A program made the translations under genes and the position numbers. From a virus (Duplodnaviria; Caudoviricetes), in the IMG/VR virus record IMGVR_UViG_3300014205_000220, positions 4,867 through 68,866 of that record: DNA of 64,000 bases, one strand, 5' to 3'. Shown piece by piece: positions 1-8,659 of this stretch. Numbering within the stretch: position 1 is the stretch's first letter; every line of letters begins with the position of its first letter. The notes beneath the pieces are model-generated. The model searched no databases and was not told where the DNA came from. It saw only the letters and a program-made list of their open reading frames with translations.

Positions 1-1085
1 AAGTGAATTACATAACCGTCTTTTTGCAATGACATAAATCCGATTTTGGACAAGTCATTGTTTAAACAACAGATGTCAACGTTAACAGTCACTCCAAGAG
101 CCTGTACCAATAATACGGCAAGTTTCTCTAAATATCTGTATTGAGCGTTATCTACATAAGCAATCATTTCTCGGTCAATAAGACCCAAAGAATCCCAATA
201 GGTAGTGATAGCTTCAAGGTCGGCTACTGTTTGAATATAACCTGTTTGCACAAGACCATTCTCCTTGATGTTTTGGAACAATCCTTTAGTACCATATTTA
301 CCTGCAAGATATGCACCTGATGTTTCAGTAGATTCGATGTCACGTAAAAGAGTTTTAGCTACTTTACGGTTCAAACGTTTTGTAAGCTCGATAACATTAT
401 CATCGTACCATTTCACTTCTCCACTGTCAAGGCAGAACGCATAGCGTTTCCCGCCCGCTGTTTGCATTGCGTCTTTTACAATCTGCATTTTAAGGATTAC
501 AGATTTTTTCTTACGCAATTCCATAAGACCTTCCGGTCCGCAAGATGCTTTGTCAAAATCAGTACCGTTAACGTCGATTGTAAGGTTGGTAGTTGCTACC
601 GTCCAATTTAATCCGTTACGACATACCGCTGTGAAAGTGTTGTTGGCACGGTCAATTGCAGTGATTACACCAATTTCCTCTTTTGTTGCATCATAAACTG
701 CAATTACATCATCAACTCTGAAAAAGAAACCTTCTTCTCCTGTTTCCCATCCTTCAACTGCTGACCAATCGATGGTGAAAACGTTTGCTGTTCTTGAAAC
801 TGCTCCTGTATCATCGATTACATAATCAGGTGATGTGGATTCAATAAATTGGATATAATCGGTTTCAAATCCGATGTTCATTTGGAACATGTCCAAGAAA
901 GCCATCCAATTGTCCTTTACTAATGCAGAACAGTCTGTATGAACTTTGTCTAATACTTCTTGTGGAAGACCTGCTTGGGTCGCCACTGCTGCCGCCAAGT
1001 CAAATGGGTCGGCAAAATTATCCGTAGTCAACCTTATTGGTGAAGTGTTGTTGTGCGGATTTACTGGGGTGCTTGTTATAGCCAT
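1..1085 (-). CDS. Major capsid protein (crAss-like/Bacteroidota podovirus type), truncated by the left window edge
   Basis: Missing from the ORF track. Manually translated open frame from ATG at 1085 (MAITSTPVNPHNN...GFMSLQKDGYVIH) runs to position 1 with no stop. Sequence character and position downstream of an acidic scaffold-like gene fit a capsid protein. Confidence 0.75.
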   Translation of the reverse strand, partial: MAITSTPVNPHNNTSPIRLTTDNFADPFDLAAAVATQAGLPQEVLDKVHTDCSALVKDNWMAFLDMFQMNIGFETDYIQFIESTSPDYVIDDTGAVSRTANVFTIDWSAVEGWETGEEGFFFRVDDVIAVYDATKEEIGVITAIDRANNTFTAVCRNGLNWTVATTNLTIDVNGTDFDKASCGPEGLMELRKKKSVILKMQIVKDAMQTAGGKRYAFCLDSGEVKWYDDNVIELTKRLNRKVAKTLLRDIESTETSGAYLAGKYGTKGLFQNIKENGLVQTGYIQTVADLEAITTYWDSLGLIDREMIAYVDNAQYRYLEKLAVLLVQALGVTVNVDICCLNNDLSKIGFMSLQKDGYVIH

Positions 1086-1111
1086 AATTAATTTTGTTTT
1101 TGGTTATTTTC

Positions 1112-2332
1112 TTATCTTTTTAAGATGGGTTTACCGAAGCTGCTTGAACTTTCGTCCTCTCCGAAAACCAACATTCTTGTCTTCCCATTCGCCTGTTGTT
1201 CCTGTTTTTTGATGTCTCCAAGGTCAACGTTTCTGTTGGTCTTGCTGAAATCTTCCATGAACAATGTATGGGCTTGGTCAAGCATATCGGCTATGAGTTC
1301 TTGTCTTGCTTCTGGGATTGACCACAAGGTGTCGAGATTTGATGTGTCGGGGTTTATTCCACCATCTTTGTCTTTCCAACGCTCAAAGAACGCTTCCTGT
1401 GTTTGGGTGTACTTTGAAACAAGTTCCTTTTGTTTAGGAGTTATGTTCAAGTTTATGTCACCAATCTTTCCAAGAGATATTCCAATCTCATTGAGTTCTT
1501 TCAGGGATTTATCCCTTTTTGCCCAATACGGCTGATAGTACTTTTCGATTTCCTCTGGTGTAAGTTGTCTTTGCTGTGGCTCAACGCTTTTTAGGGATGT
1601 CTTGAAGTCTTTTGCCTTGTCCTGCATAAACGCCAATGCTTCCGCATAGGTACGGTTATACTCGATTTTTCGGGATTTAAGCTCTCTTTCCGATAAGGTG
1701 TCCTCGTCTTCTTCCGTTACGGTCTTTAGGTCAATGGTATCTGCGATGTCTTCATCTGACATATTTGGGTTCTTGAACTTGTAATAAGCCGCTAACGTCT
1801 TATCTTTTGGCTCTTTAGCCCAATCTTTCTGTGAGTTGTAGAAATCCTCGATGCCACGTCCGTTCGTTTCTTCGTGAAACTTTTTGAACTGTTTTACGGG
1901 GTCTGATAATTCTTCCTTGGTTTGAATGTCTTGCAATGTGGATGCTTTGATGCCCTGTTCGTTTAAGAACTTTAGTACAACATCTTCCGTTACCGTTTGA
2001 GTTTCCTTTTGGGTTTCGGTTTTCTGTTTAGGTTCTTTGTTGAACGATACTTCAAAGTCTTTCTTTGGTGCTTTGACTTCTTCTTTTTTAGGCTCTGCCT
2101 TTGTTTCAGCTACTTGTTCCACTACAACTTCTTCCTCTACTACTTGCGTTTCAGTTTCCTTTGGTGCTTTTGTGTTGGGGTATGTAATGGTTTCTTGGCT
2201 TTGCTCTGGCGTTGCCTGTGTCTGTGTTTCGGCTTGTTCTGTTGCTTGCTCTACCGTTGCGGTATTGCCAAACACTTGAACTTCGCCACTTTGATTGTTT
2301 TCCATTATCCAATTATTTAAAGATTGGTACAA
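1112..2332 (-). CDS. Putative capsid scaffolding protein (probable start MENNQSGEV near 2305)
   Basis: Long E/T/K/Q-rich low-complexity N-terminus, helical C-terminus, directly upstream of the MCP. Confidence 0.55.
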   Translation of the reverse strand: MYQSLNNWIMENNQSGEVQVFGNTATVEQATEQAETQTQATPEQSQETITYPNTKAPKETETQVVEEEVVVEQVAETKAEPKKEEVKAPKKDFEVSFNKEPKQKTETQKETQTVTEDVVLKFLNEQGIKASTLQDIQTKEELSDPVKQFKKFHEETNGRGIEDFYNSQKDWAKEPKDKTLAAYYKFKNPNMSDEDIADTIDLKTVTEEDEDTLSERELKSRKIEYNRTYAEALAFMQDKAKDFKTSLKSVEPQQRQLTPEEIEKYYQPYWAKRDKSLKELNEIGISLGKIGDINLNITPKQKELVSKYTQTQEAFFERWKDKDGGINPDTSNLDTLWSIPEARQELIADMLDQAHTLFMEDFSKTNRNVDLGDIKKQEQQANGKTRMLVFGEDESSSSFGKPILKR

Positions 2333-2394
2333 TGATAAACACGAAAAAAGAAAAAGTGTGTGAAAGTCGGTAATGTGGGAAGTTGTGGAATGAA

Positions 2395-2426
2395 AAAAGG
2401 CACAAGTTTAGAGCCTTGCGCCTTTT
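2395..2426. terminator. Intrinsic terminator-like hairpin
   Basis: aaaaggcacaag / cttgcgcctttt stem with 8-nt loop, followed by a U-run on the minus strand. Confidence 0.6.
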
Positions 2427-2512
2427 AAAAACCGCCATGATTCGGTTCTCTTAACTAATAACACGATGTAAAAGTATATTAAATATTCTTAAATTGCAAT
2501 AAATTAAATGCT

Positions 2513-2974
2513 ATGGATTATTACGGTGAACCACTAAAGGTTACTTCTGATAAAAAGATTACTCTAAAGAAGTCTGATCTGTTCGTTGAGAAGGATGTGG
2601 AATCCGAAAGCGGAAGTAAACTGTGTTATCTGATTTTCTGTTATGAGGATATACGTATGCGGTATAATTTAAGCGTTGACGATGTGAACATACTGCTTTA
2701 TCTAAAGGAACTTTGGCTGTTCAACCTACAATTGGAAGTACATGGTAGGTTTATAAGGCTTGGAAGGTATTTGGAGAACGAATATATAGCGGAAGATTAC
2801 ACTTACAAAAATAAGAAACTGTATAAGTTGACCGATAAAGCACGGAACATTATAAAAGAGTTTGACGACGGTATATTGAACAGTAATATCCACTTCTCAA
2901 AGAACAGACAAGTGGATATGGATTTAAAGAGTACGCTGAAATCGGTGCTTTCGGATATTTATGTAAAGGAATGA
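2513..2974 (+). CDS. Winged-helix (MarR-like) DNA-binding protein, putative regulator
   Basis: C-terminal wing-like motif KKLYKLTDKARNIIKEF. Lone plus-strand gene between early and capsid genes. Confidence 0.45.
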   Translation: MDYYGEPLKVTSDKKITLKKSDLFVEKDVESESGSKLCYLIFCYEDIRMRYNLSVDDVNILLYLKELWLFNLQLEVHGRFIRLGRYLENEYIAEDYTYKNKKLYKLTDKARNIIKEFDDGILNSNIHFSKNRQVDMDLKSTLKSVLSDIYVKE

Positions 2975-2979
2975 TATTG

Positions 2980-3315
2980 TTATTCGTCAAATTCATTACC
3001 ACAATTTGTGCATATTTCAAATCCATAAGGTGTTTTAATGGAGTGTTTTTTACATTCACAAACTTCTAATTTCAATTCTACCACTTGCAAGTATTCACCT
3101 CCGGAATCCCTAAACAACTTTGCTTTATTTCTTAAAGACTGTACTTCTGATTCGGTGAGGGGTGTTCTTTTAGCTGGTGCATCAGATTCAAGGCAATTAA
3201 AAGTTAAGAAGTTTTTTGCGTTGACTTCTTTTTTGTTAAGACCTAATTCCTTGACGTGAGACAGATAGTCATCATAAGCAATTAGAAGTGCGTTTATGTC
3301 TTTGTGTAGTTTCAT
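2980..3315 (-). CDS. Hypothetical protein with C-terminal zinc-ribbon
   Basis: CECK...CTNC motif. Confidence 0.5.
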   Translation of the reverse strand: MKLHKDINALLIAYDDYLSHVKELGLNKKEVNAKNFLTFNCLESDAPAKRTPLTESEVQSLRNKAKLFRDSGGEYLQVVELKLEVCECKKHSIKTPYGFEICTNCGNEFDE

Positions 3316-3319
3316 AATT

Positions 3320-4592
3320 TCAATCTATTGTACCATTGTCTAATGGTTGGTTATTGGTTAAAATCTCACAGTCCATCCAATTCTCAAAATCATTTCCAAA
3401 CAAATGATAAATACTATCAAATTCGTCTGCATCAGGATTCCAAATTGCGGGTGCTGTTTTATTTGTGGTATAAAGCCCATTATCATATTCAAAATCACCA
3501 TCAACCAATTCTATTATTTCACCATCTTCAAAACCGTGTTCATCAGCATAATTTTTGCCCAACTTTATTTGAGTGCCAACAATTAAATTAGCTTCAAAAT
3601 AATTTTTATCAAATTTCATAATTTCAATTCTATTTATACCCTTTAATGTGGTTGGTTAATTAATATTTTCTAATGAATAAGAGCCTAAAACAGCTATCTT
3701 ATTTGACGAATGGTCAAACTTTTCACTTGCTTTATGTAATGCTTCTGTAACGTGTTTTTTAGCGAACTCAATCATCATTTCTGTAGAAGTGGTTTCGTCA
3801 TTTTCTATTAACATTTTATCAAATAATTCTTTTGCTGTTTCCATAATATAAATATTAATCCCTTATAGGGTGTTTGGTTAATCCCATTCTTCTTTGTCTG
3901 CTTGTGTTTCTGCCATTACTGCAATAATTTGCCTTTCACGTTCAGTAAAGTCAAACCAATTTTTCTGCCATTCGTAAGGTACGTAATTTCTCCAATCATG
4001 CACTTTTCCTGACTTATCGAAATCAGGATTTTCTATATCAATTAATTCGGTAAATTTTTCAAAAATATTCATAATTATTTTATTTAATGTTAGGTTGTTT
4101 TAATGCTTTGTTTAAAACTGATTGAGCATTTTTCCAAGCTATCGGTTGTGCTTTTAAATATTGAGCGTCTTTTCCATACTCATCTTTCCATTCTTTAACT
4201 TGAACAAGTTCTTCCAACACTTCAATAGCTTCATTATATCTCTCCAATAGTTCAGAGTTATTAGTTTCAATCGATTCTTTTAAAAACCCGCCCAAAATAT
4301 CTACAAGCCAATGAGCTGAATCATCAGAACCATAAATGACTTCATTTGGATTTAAATTATAACTCTCTAAAAATTCTCTTATATGCTTTGATTCCATAGC
4401 TTATTTATTTTTTTCTATTAATTGAAAGTATGTATTATCAAAATACATAGGATGTACTAAATATTTTCTGCCTTTGTGATAAATCTTAACATCGCAAGGC
4501 TTAATATGACCGTTGCAGTATCTTTCCATATCATCCTCGTCAGGGAATGTCGTTTTGCAAATTGCCATAACTAAATTTTTGTTTGATTCCAT
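3320..4592 (-). CDS. Run of five small hypothetical phage ORFs (3320-3619, 3656-3844, 3878-4072, 4080-4397, 4401-4592)
   Basis: Tightly packed co-oriented ORFs with A-rich leaders, no recognisable motifs. Confidence 0.6.
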
Positions 4593-4794
4593 AGTATTAA
4601 TGTGTTTGGTTATTGTTACTTGATACTATCAATATCATTATCAAAAAGCAAGTTGTTAATCTTGCCTTTCTCGTGGCTTTCCTTTATCTTATTAAAGGCT
4701 TCGTCCATATCACTAAACCATTGGTCTAATTGTGGGAACTTGTTGTTGAATGCTTCTTGTGGTGTCATAGTTTTTTGTGTTATTAATTGTTATT

Positions 4795-5079
4795 TCAATC
4801 TACCAAACTCATAGCCATTTCTAAAATACTTGGCATAATGAAGTCGTACTGCTTTCTTTTTTCCTCTGGTACATCTTCTCTTTTTAGAGACATTATAAAA
4901 AGTATATGTATGTTTATATCAAGGTGTTTGCAGATGTTCCTTAAAGTCGGTATTGATGGCTCTTGCTTGTCGTTCTCGATACAGTTGTAGTATGGATTGT
5001 TGAGCTTTAGTTTCCTTGCGAATCCTTGCTGTGAATAGCCTTTTTCTTTTCGTAGTTTTTTTATTGTTTCTCCTAACAT
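4795..5079 (-). CDS. XRE-family helix-turn-helix regulator
   Basis: IKKLRKEKGYSQQGFARKL...YYNCIENDKQEPSIPTLRNICKHLDI is a classic HTH_3 pattern. Confidence 0.85.
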   Translation of the reverse strand: MLGETIKKLRKEKGYSQQGFARKLKLNNPYYNCIENDKQEPSIPTLRNICKHLDINIHILFIMSLKREDVPEEKRKQYDFIMPSILEMAMSLVD

Positions 5080-5092
5080 GATTAATTTTTAT

Positions 5093-5284
5093 TTAAAATG
5101 GACAATATTCTTTTTTGGGTTTAGGTATCAGATATTGATGCTCTCTTTTTAGCTTTTCTGAAATTGAATCACGTATGAATTGACAAACATTAATGTTATA
5201 TGATTCAAGTTTCTTCAAAGTATTATATTGAACTTCTGAAATCTTAACCGATTTTACTTTCGTATATTTTATAGACTTTGCCAT
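5093..5284 (-). CDS. Small ribbon-helix-helix-like DNA-binding protein
   Basis: N-terminal beta strand (VKSVKIS) followed by two helices (QFIRDSISEKL). Confidence 0.55.
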   Translation of the reverse strand: MAKSIKYTKVKSVKISEVQYNTLKKLESYNINVCQFIRDSISEKLKREHQYLIPKPKKEYCPF

Positions 5285-5326
5285 TGATAAGTAATACTTT
5301 TATTAATCATACTGACTTGTTAGGCA

Positions 5327-5602
5327 CTATTGTTGCAATTTACGGTCTTGTACAACTTTATTAGCACCTATTAAACTTTCTGTTGCTGCATCAAACCCTT
5401 CTTTGTATGCTTGCAACAACAGTTCGCTTTGCTGCCTAACATGTTGTATAGGTAATAATTTTAAAAATAGTCCCTCCAATTCAGTAGCAACGCTCGGTGC
5501 GTCTGCTGCATCTCCATCAACATCTTTTCTTGGTATCTTACTTACCACTTTGTAGATTTGTTCCCATACCTCGCTTCTTTGTATTCTGTTACTTTGTTCC
5601 AT
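5327..5602 (-). CDS. Cassette 1 hypothetical protein
   Basis: ORF track. Stop abuts the GTTAGGCA core and the frame reads through the R''/L'' arm. Confidence 0.65.
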   Translation of the reverse strand: MEQSNRIQRSEVWEQIYKVVSKIPRKDVDGDAADAPSVATELEGLFLKLLPIQHVRQQSELLLQAYKEGFDAATESLIGANKVVQDRKLQQ

Positions 5603-5666
5603 TTTATTAAGTTTTATCTGTTAATTATTTTTAAAATTACATACCCATACACCCAACCGTTATAGC
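5433..5666 (+). repeat. attC-like site 1 (long loop carrying the 5' part of ORF 5327-5602)
   Basis: R'' 5433-5440, inner arms 5446-5469 and 5626-5650 (near-complementary), R' GTTATAGC 5659-5666. Confidence 0.75.
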
Positions 5667-5672
5667 CAATGC

Positions 5673-5972
5673 CTAAAGAGAGTTCAGTCTATCAATTTCG
5701 GCAGCTATCAATGCACCAGCCTTTTGAAGTTCTCGTACACGATTTTCAGGCGTTCTTTTTAGCCATTTAAGTTCAAAAGGCCATATATGTAAGTGCATAT
5801 CGTTCCCCCATTCATTGTCTATAAAATCAATCGTGTCTTCGGTCATTGCATAATAAGCTGCTGCATTAGCAAGTTCACCTTCTTTATGCTCTGCATCGTG
5901 TTCGGAAGTCCATCCTTCTTTTTCAATTTGTCGCTGCCTTTCTTCGGCAATTAATTCAATTCCAGTTTTCAT
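5673..5972 (-). CDS. Cassette 2 conserved phage hypothetical protein (ERQRQIEKEGWTSEHD family)
   Basis: Motif recalled from many phage proteins, function unknown. Confidence 0.75.
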   Translation of the reverse strand: MKTGIELIAEERQRQIEKEGWTSEHDAEHKEGELANAAAYYAMTEDTIDFIDNEWGNDMHLHIWPFELKWLKRTPENRVRELQKAGALIAAEIDRLNSL

Positions 5973-5996
5973 AATTAAATTTAGTTTGTGGCACTA

Positions 5997-6093
5997 GCTA
6001 TAACAAAGTGTATAGCAAATAGCCTATTAATATTCAGTTTTTAATTCGTTGGTTCGTGCTTCGGCTACTTGCCATACACAAACCGTTGTGGTG
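5997..6093 (+). repeat. attC-like site 2 (97 bp, canonical size)
   Basis: R'' 5997-6004, arms gtgtatagcaaatagcc 6008-6024 / ggctacttgccatacac 6063-6079, R' 6085. Confidence 0.85.
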
Positions 6094-6104
6094 CATTAAA
6101 ACGA

Positions 6105-6392
6105 CACCACAACACGGTATATAAATAATAAATAATGCTAATCAACATCGTGCTTCAAACACTCGCCATTGGTATGTTTTATATATTGGCGTTTAGTCAT
6201 ATTAGCAATCCATCTATCATCCCTACACGCAGGGTTTTTACAATATTTTTGGTTTCCAGAATCCATTTCAAATTCTTCATTGCACCAAATACAGTTCTTT
6301 AAAATACCTGCTTCGCTTATGTTTTCGTGTTTGTGTTGAAAATATCCCATATCGCATTATTTACTATTCATATACCATCTACGTTATAAGCT
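6105..6392 (+). repeat. attC-like site 3 enclosing the complete ORF 6138-6350
   Basis: 23-nt arms 6116-6138 and 6354-6376, complementary at 21 of 23 positions; R' 6383. Confidence 0.8.
6138..6350 (-). CDS. Cassette 3 small zinc-binding protein (inside the attC loop)
   Basis: CIWC...YCKNPAC motif. Confidence 0.65.
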   Translation of the reverse strand: MGYFQHKHENISEAGILKNCIWCNEEFEMDSGNQKYCKNPACRDDRWIANMTKRQYIKHTNGECLKHDVD

Positions 6393-6395
6393 ATG

Positions 6396-6674
6396 TTAAT
6401 CTCCTACTATCAGAAAATCTATTCTGCATTTAGTAACAATGAATTTACCTTCTTTTTCTAATTGATTTCTAACGGCTTTTCGTGCTTTTTCTATATTGGT
6501 AGCACAAACTAATTGAGTTAACTTCATCGGTTCTGAAAAGTTAATTCCATTTCTAATTGAAATTGGCATACTTGCGTAAATATTGTCTTTTTCTTTTTCT
6601 GAATAAAAATATTCTGAATGTGACATATAGTATTTTTTACCAACTGTAGGTAAATTATCATTTAAATCTTCCAT
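6396..6674 (-). CDS. Cassette 4 hypothetical protein
   Basis: ORF fills the space between R' 6383 and R'' 6703. Confidence 0.7.
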   Translation of the reverse strand: MEDLNDNLPTVGKKYYMSHSEYFYSEKEKDNIYASMPISIRNGINFSEPMKLTQLVCATNIEKARKAVRNQLEKEGKFIVTKCRIDFLIVGD

Positions 6675-6702
6675 TTATATTTGTTTTATAAATCAAAAAC
6701 AC

Positions 6703-6839
6703 AGCTTATAACAATCGCTATATTTCAGCTTTAGGTTAGTGTTTAATTTAATGTTCTGTAATTCTTGGTTTAGTCTTTTTCAACCGAAACGCCTTTTGTG
6801 TTTGTTCAGCCGAAATTATAGCGATGGACGTTACAAGCA
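6703..6839 (+). repeat. attC-like site 4
   Basis: R'' 6703-6712, arms 6714-6730 / 6808-6825, R' 6830-6839. Confidence 0.85.
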
Positions 6840-6842
6840 ATG

Positions 6843-7313
6843 TTACACAACATCATGAATAGAAATTCCTCGACCTTCTTTAATGTGATTAAACACATCG
6901 AAATTCCATTCAAGAAACCTTTCAATTATACCAAATTTTACTCCTTTATAATGGATAAAATTGTTTTGAAATTCAATAATATCTTCTTTTGAGTGTTTAA
7001 ATGCGTTGTAATTAATAGGTACGAACAAATTTTCGTTAATGTTTATTTCGTTTGTTAAATCACTTTTTGGTCTAACAATTATTTTAACATCATCAAATTT
7101 TACATCGTATTGATACTCGCCGTTAGCAATAGTCATTTCTTCTTCTCGAAGTTCAACTATTTTGCAATCATTGTGTAATATCTCACGTTCATCGTCAAAA
7201 TATTGAAATAAAAAACTATTAGCCATTGCTATTGATAAATGTTCTAAAGTCAAAACACTGCTTGTAACAGTCGCTTTGTCTAATGGCTGGGCTTGGTTAT
7301 TTTCTGAAATCAT
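6843..7313 (-). CDS. Cassette 5 hypothetical protein
   Basis: ORF track. N-terminus (QPLDKATVTSSV) is encoded by the att arm. Confidence 0.7.
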   Translation of the reverse strand: MISENNQAQPLDKATVTSSVLTLEHLSIAMANSFLFQYFDDEREILHNDCKIVELREEEMTIANGEYQYDVKFDDVKIIVRPKSDLTNEININENLFVPINYNAFKHSKEDIIEFQNNFIHYKGVKFGIIERFLEWNFDVFNHIKEGRGISIHDVV

Positions 7314-7398
7314 AATTTTTAAATTTATTGTTAGTGTATTTTTGTGAAGTCTAGTCTTAAATCGTCGCCACTAGACAAAGTGACCGAACGTTAGCACC
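7259..7398 (+). repeat. attC-like site 5 (loop contains the start of ORF 6843-7313)
   Basis: R'' 7259-7268, arms gtcgctttgtctaatggc 7270-7287 / gccactagacaaagtgac 7367-7384, R' GTTAGCACC 7390. Confidence 0.85.
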
Positions 7399-7402
7399 AA
7401 TA

Positions 7403-7627
7403 CTACTTTAGTGCTTCTAATTCATTTTTTACTTCGCTCCAAACTGTAATAGCAGATGGTGTTTCATCATCGTAAGTGTCCCAATAAGTTTTTGTTGGGT
7501 TTTCTTCCAAAATCTTATCTACAATTAGCAATGCAATCTCAATACATTCATCGTAGAATAAAGGTGCTTTTAAACTTATTTCTTTTAACAAGTTATCTGC
7601 TTTTAATTTCACTTCTTCTTTTGTCAT
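7403..7627 (-). CDS. Hypothetical protein after the last GTT core
   Basis: ORF track. Confidence 0.65.
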   Translation of the reverse strand: MTKEEVKLKADNLLKEISLKAPLFYDECIEIALLIVDKILEENPTKTYWDTYDDETPSAITVWSEVKNELEALK

Positions 7628-7680
7628 TTCAATTTAATTGTTGTCTTATTGTTCTTTGTAAGGTTATAGCCTTCCATTTG

Positions 7681-7705
7681 AACTGTTCGGAATTTCCGAA
7701 CAGTT
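7681..7705. repeat. Perfect 10-bp-stem palindrome
   Basis: aactgttcgg-aattt-ccgaacagtt, intergenic. Confidence 0.8.
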
Positions 7706-7732
7706 GCCTTTGTTATTTAACCACGATTAACG

Positions 7733-8245
7733 TTACCATCCAATCAACTTCCCAACAAAATCTTTATCAAACCAAGCAAAGAAATCTTCAAGGCTGTCAA
7801 ATCCATCGTTCTGCGCCAACCTTTCGTAATGTTTGGGGTGTAATGCCACATCATCGATTAAAATGCAAGGAAGTGCCTTAAACTGATTGCAAATGGCACT
7901 ATCGTAGGTTATCTGAATCTTGTTAACTGACTTGACTTTTAGAACAGGTGCAAAACGGAACGATTTTTTGGTTCTTGCGCCAATGTAAAAATGAATCTTC
8001 ATCCCTATTTTCCAACGGTCTTTACTATCTCTACGGATTGTGGTGTTCTTTTCCTTACCGCTAAAGTTACCGTTCATAGCGTAGGTGTCGTTGTCTTTGA
8101 AATACTCAAAGAACTCTTTGTTCTCGTTCAGTACCTTCCAATGGTTCTTTGCGATGCCTTTCCAAATCTTTTCTGGAAACATTGTTGGAAGTCCTGATAG
8201 CTTGCCTTTGTCATTTGGGAATACTGTACTGAAATTTAATATCAT
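7733..8245 (-). CDS. ASCH-like (PUA-superfamily) domain protein
   Basis: TTIRR...WKIGMKIHFYIGAR...LAQNDGFDSLEDFFAWF matches the ASCH signature. Confidence 0.7.
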   Translation of the reverse strand: MILNFSTVFPNDKGKLSGLPTMFPEKIWKGIAKNHWKVLNENKEFFEYFKDNDTYAMNGNFSGKEKNTTIRRDSKDRWKIGMKIHFYIGARTKKSFRFAPVLKVKSVNKIQITYDSAICNQFKALPCILIDDVALHPKHYERLAQNDGFDSLEDFFAWFDKDFVGKLIGW

Positions 8246-8275
8246 AATGTTTCTGTTTTTAATGTTTGTGTGTTA

Positions 8276-8659
8276 TTAATTTTTATATTTTCCTCCTAAA
8301 ATCTCAACCAATTTACCATCTGTAAATTTTGCGTTAAACTCCCACCAATCGTCATTTTTGTCAGAACTGTAAAAAATTACAAAACCGTGATAGTCTTTTA
8401 AATCAATCCATTCTACATTTTTTTCTATCAAAGCACCTTTTTTACCAGTCACTTTAGTCATTGTGCTGATTCCGTTTTCATCCCAACCGTAAGAAAAACT
8501 CCTAAATTTTAATTTTCCATCTTCCGTAATTTCAGCAGTAGAAAAAATACAGTCAAAGTCTTTGGTCTGCCAATCAGGATTTTCCCCCAATAGTTTTTTG
8601 TCATCATCAGAAATAGGAAGCATTTCTGTTTTGATTTTGAGGTTGTCGTACATTCCCAT
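8276..8659 (-). CDS. Conserved phage hypothetical protein (MGMYD...WQTKDFDC...F.AKFTDGKL)
   Basis: ORF track, familiar phage motif. Confidence 0.7.
   Translation of the reverse strand: MGMYDNLKIKTEMLPISDDDKKLLGENPDWQTKDFDCIFSTAEITEDGKLKFRSFSYGWDENGISTMTKVTGKKGALIEKNVEWIDLKDYHGFVIFYSSDKNDDWWEFNAKFTDGKLVEILGGKYKN

Larger units (their letters stand above)
5300..7398 (+). mobile_element. Integron-like gene cassette array 1 (five cassettes, five attC-like sites, no adjacent integrase)
   Basis: Exact core pairs GTTAGGCA 5319/TGCCTAAC 5433, GTTATAGC 5659/GCTATAAC 5997, GTTGTGGTG 6085/CACCACAAC 6105, GTTATAAGCT 6383/AGCTTATAAC 6703, GTTACAAGCA 6830/TGCTTGTAAC 7259. Each AAC core is followed by an inner inverted repeat and then the next GTT. 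Confidence 0.85.

Noticed and set aside
5300-7398. CRISPR array or simple REP repeats as the explanation for the repeated elements
   Set aside because: The units are not identical direct repeats, spacers range from 11 to several hundred bp and contain genes, and the cores match only within each unit.
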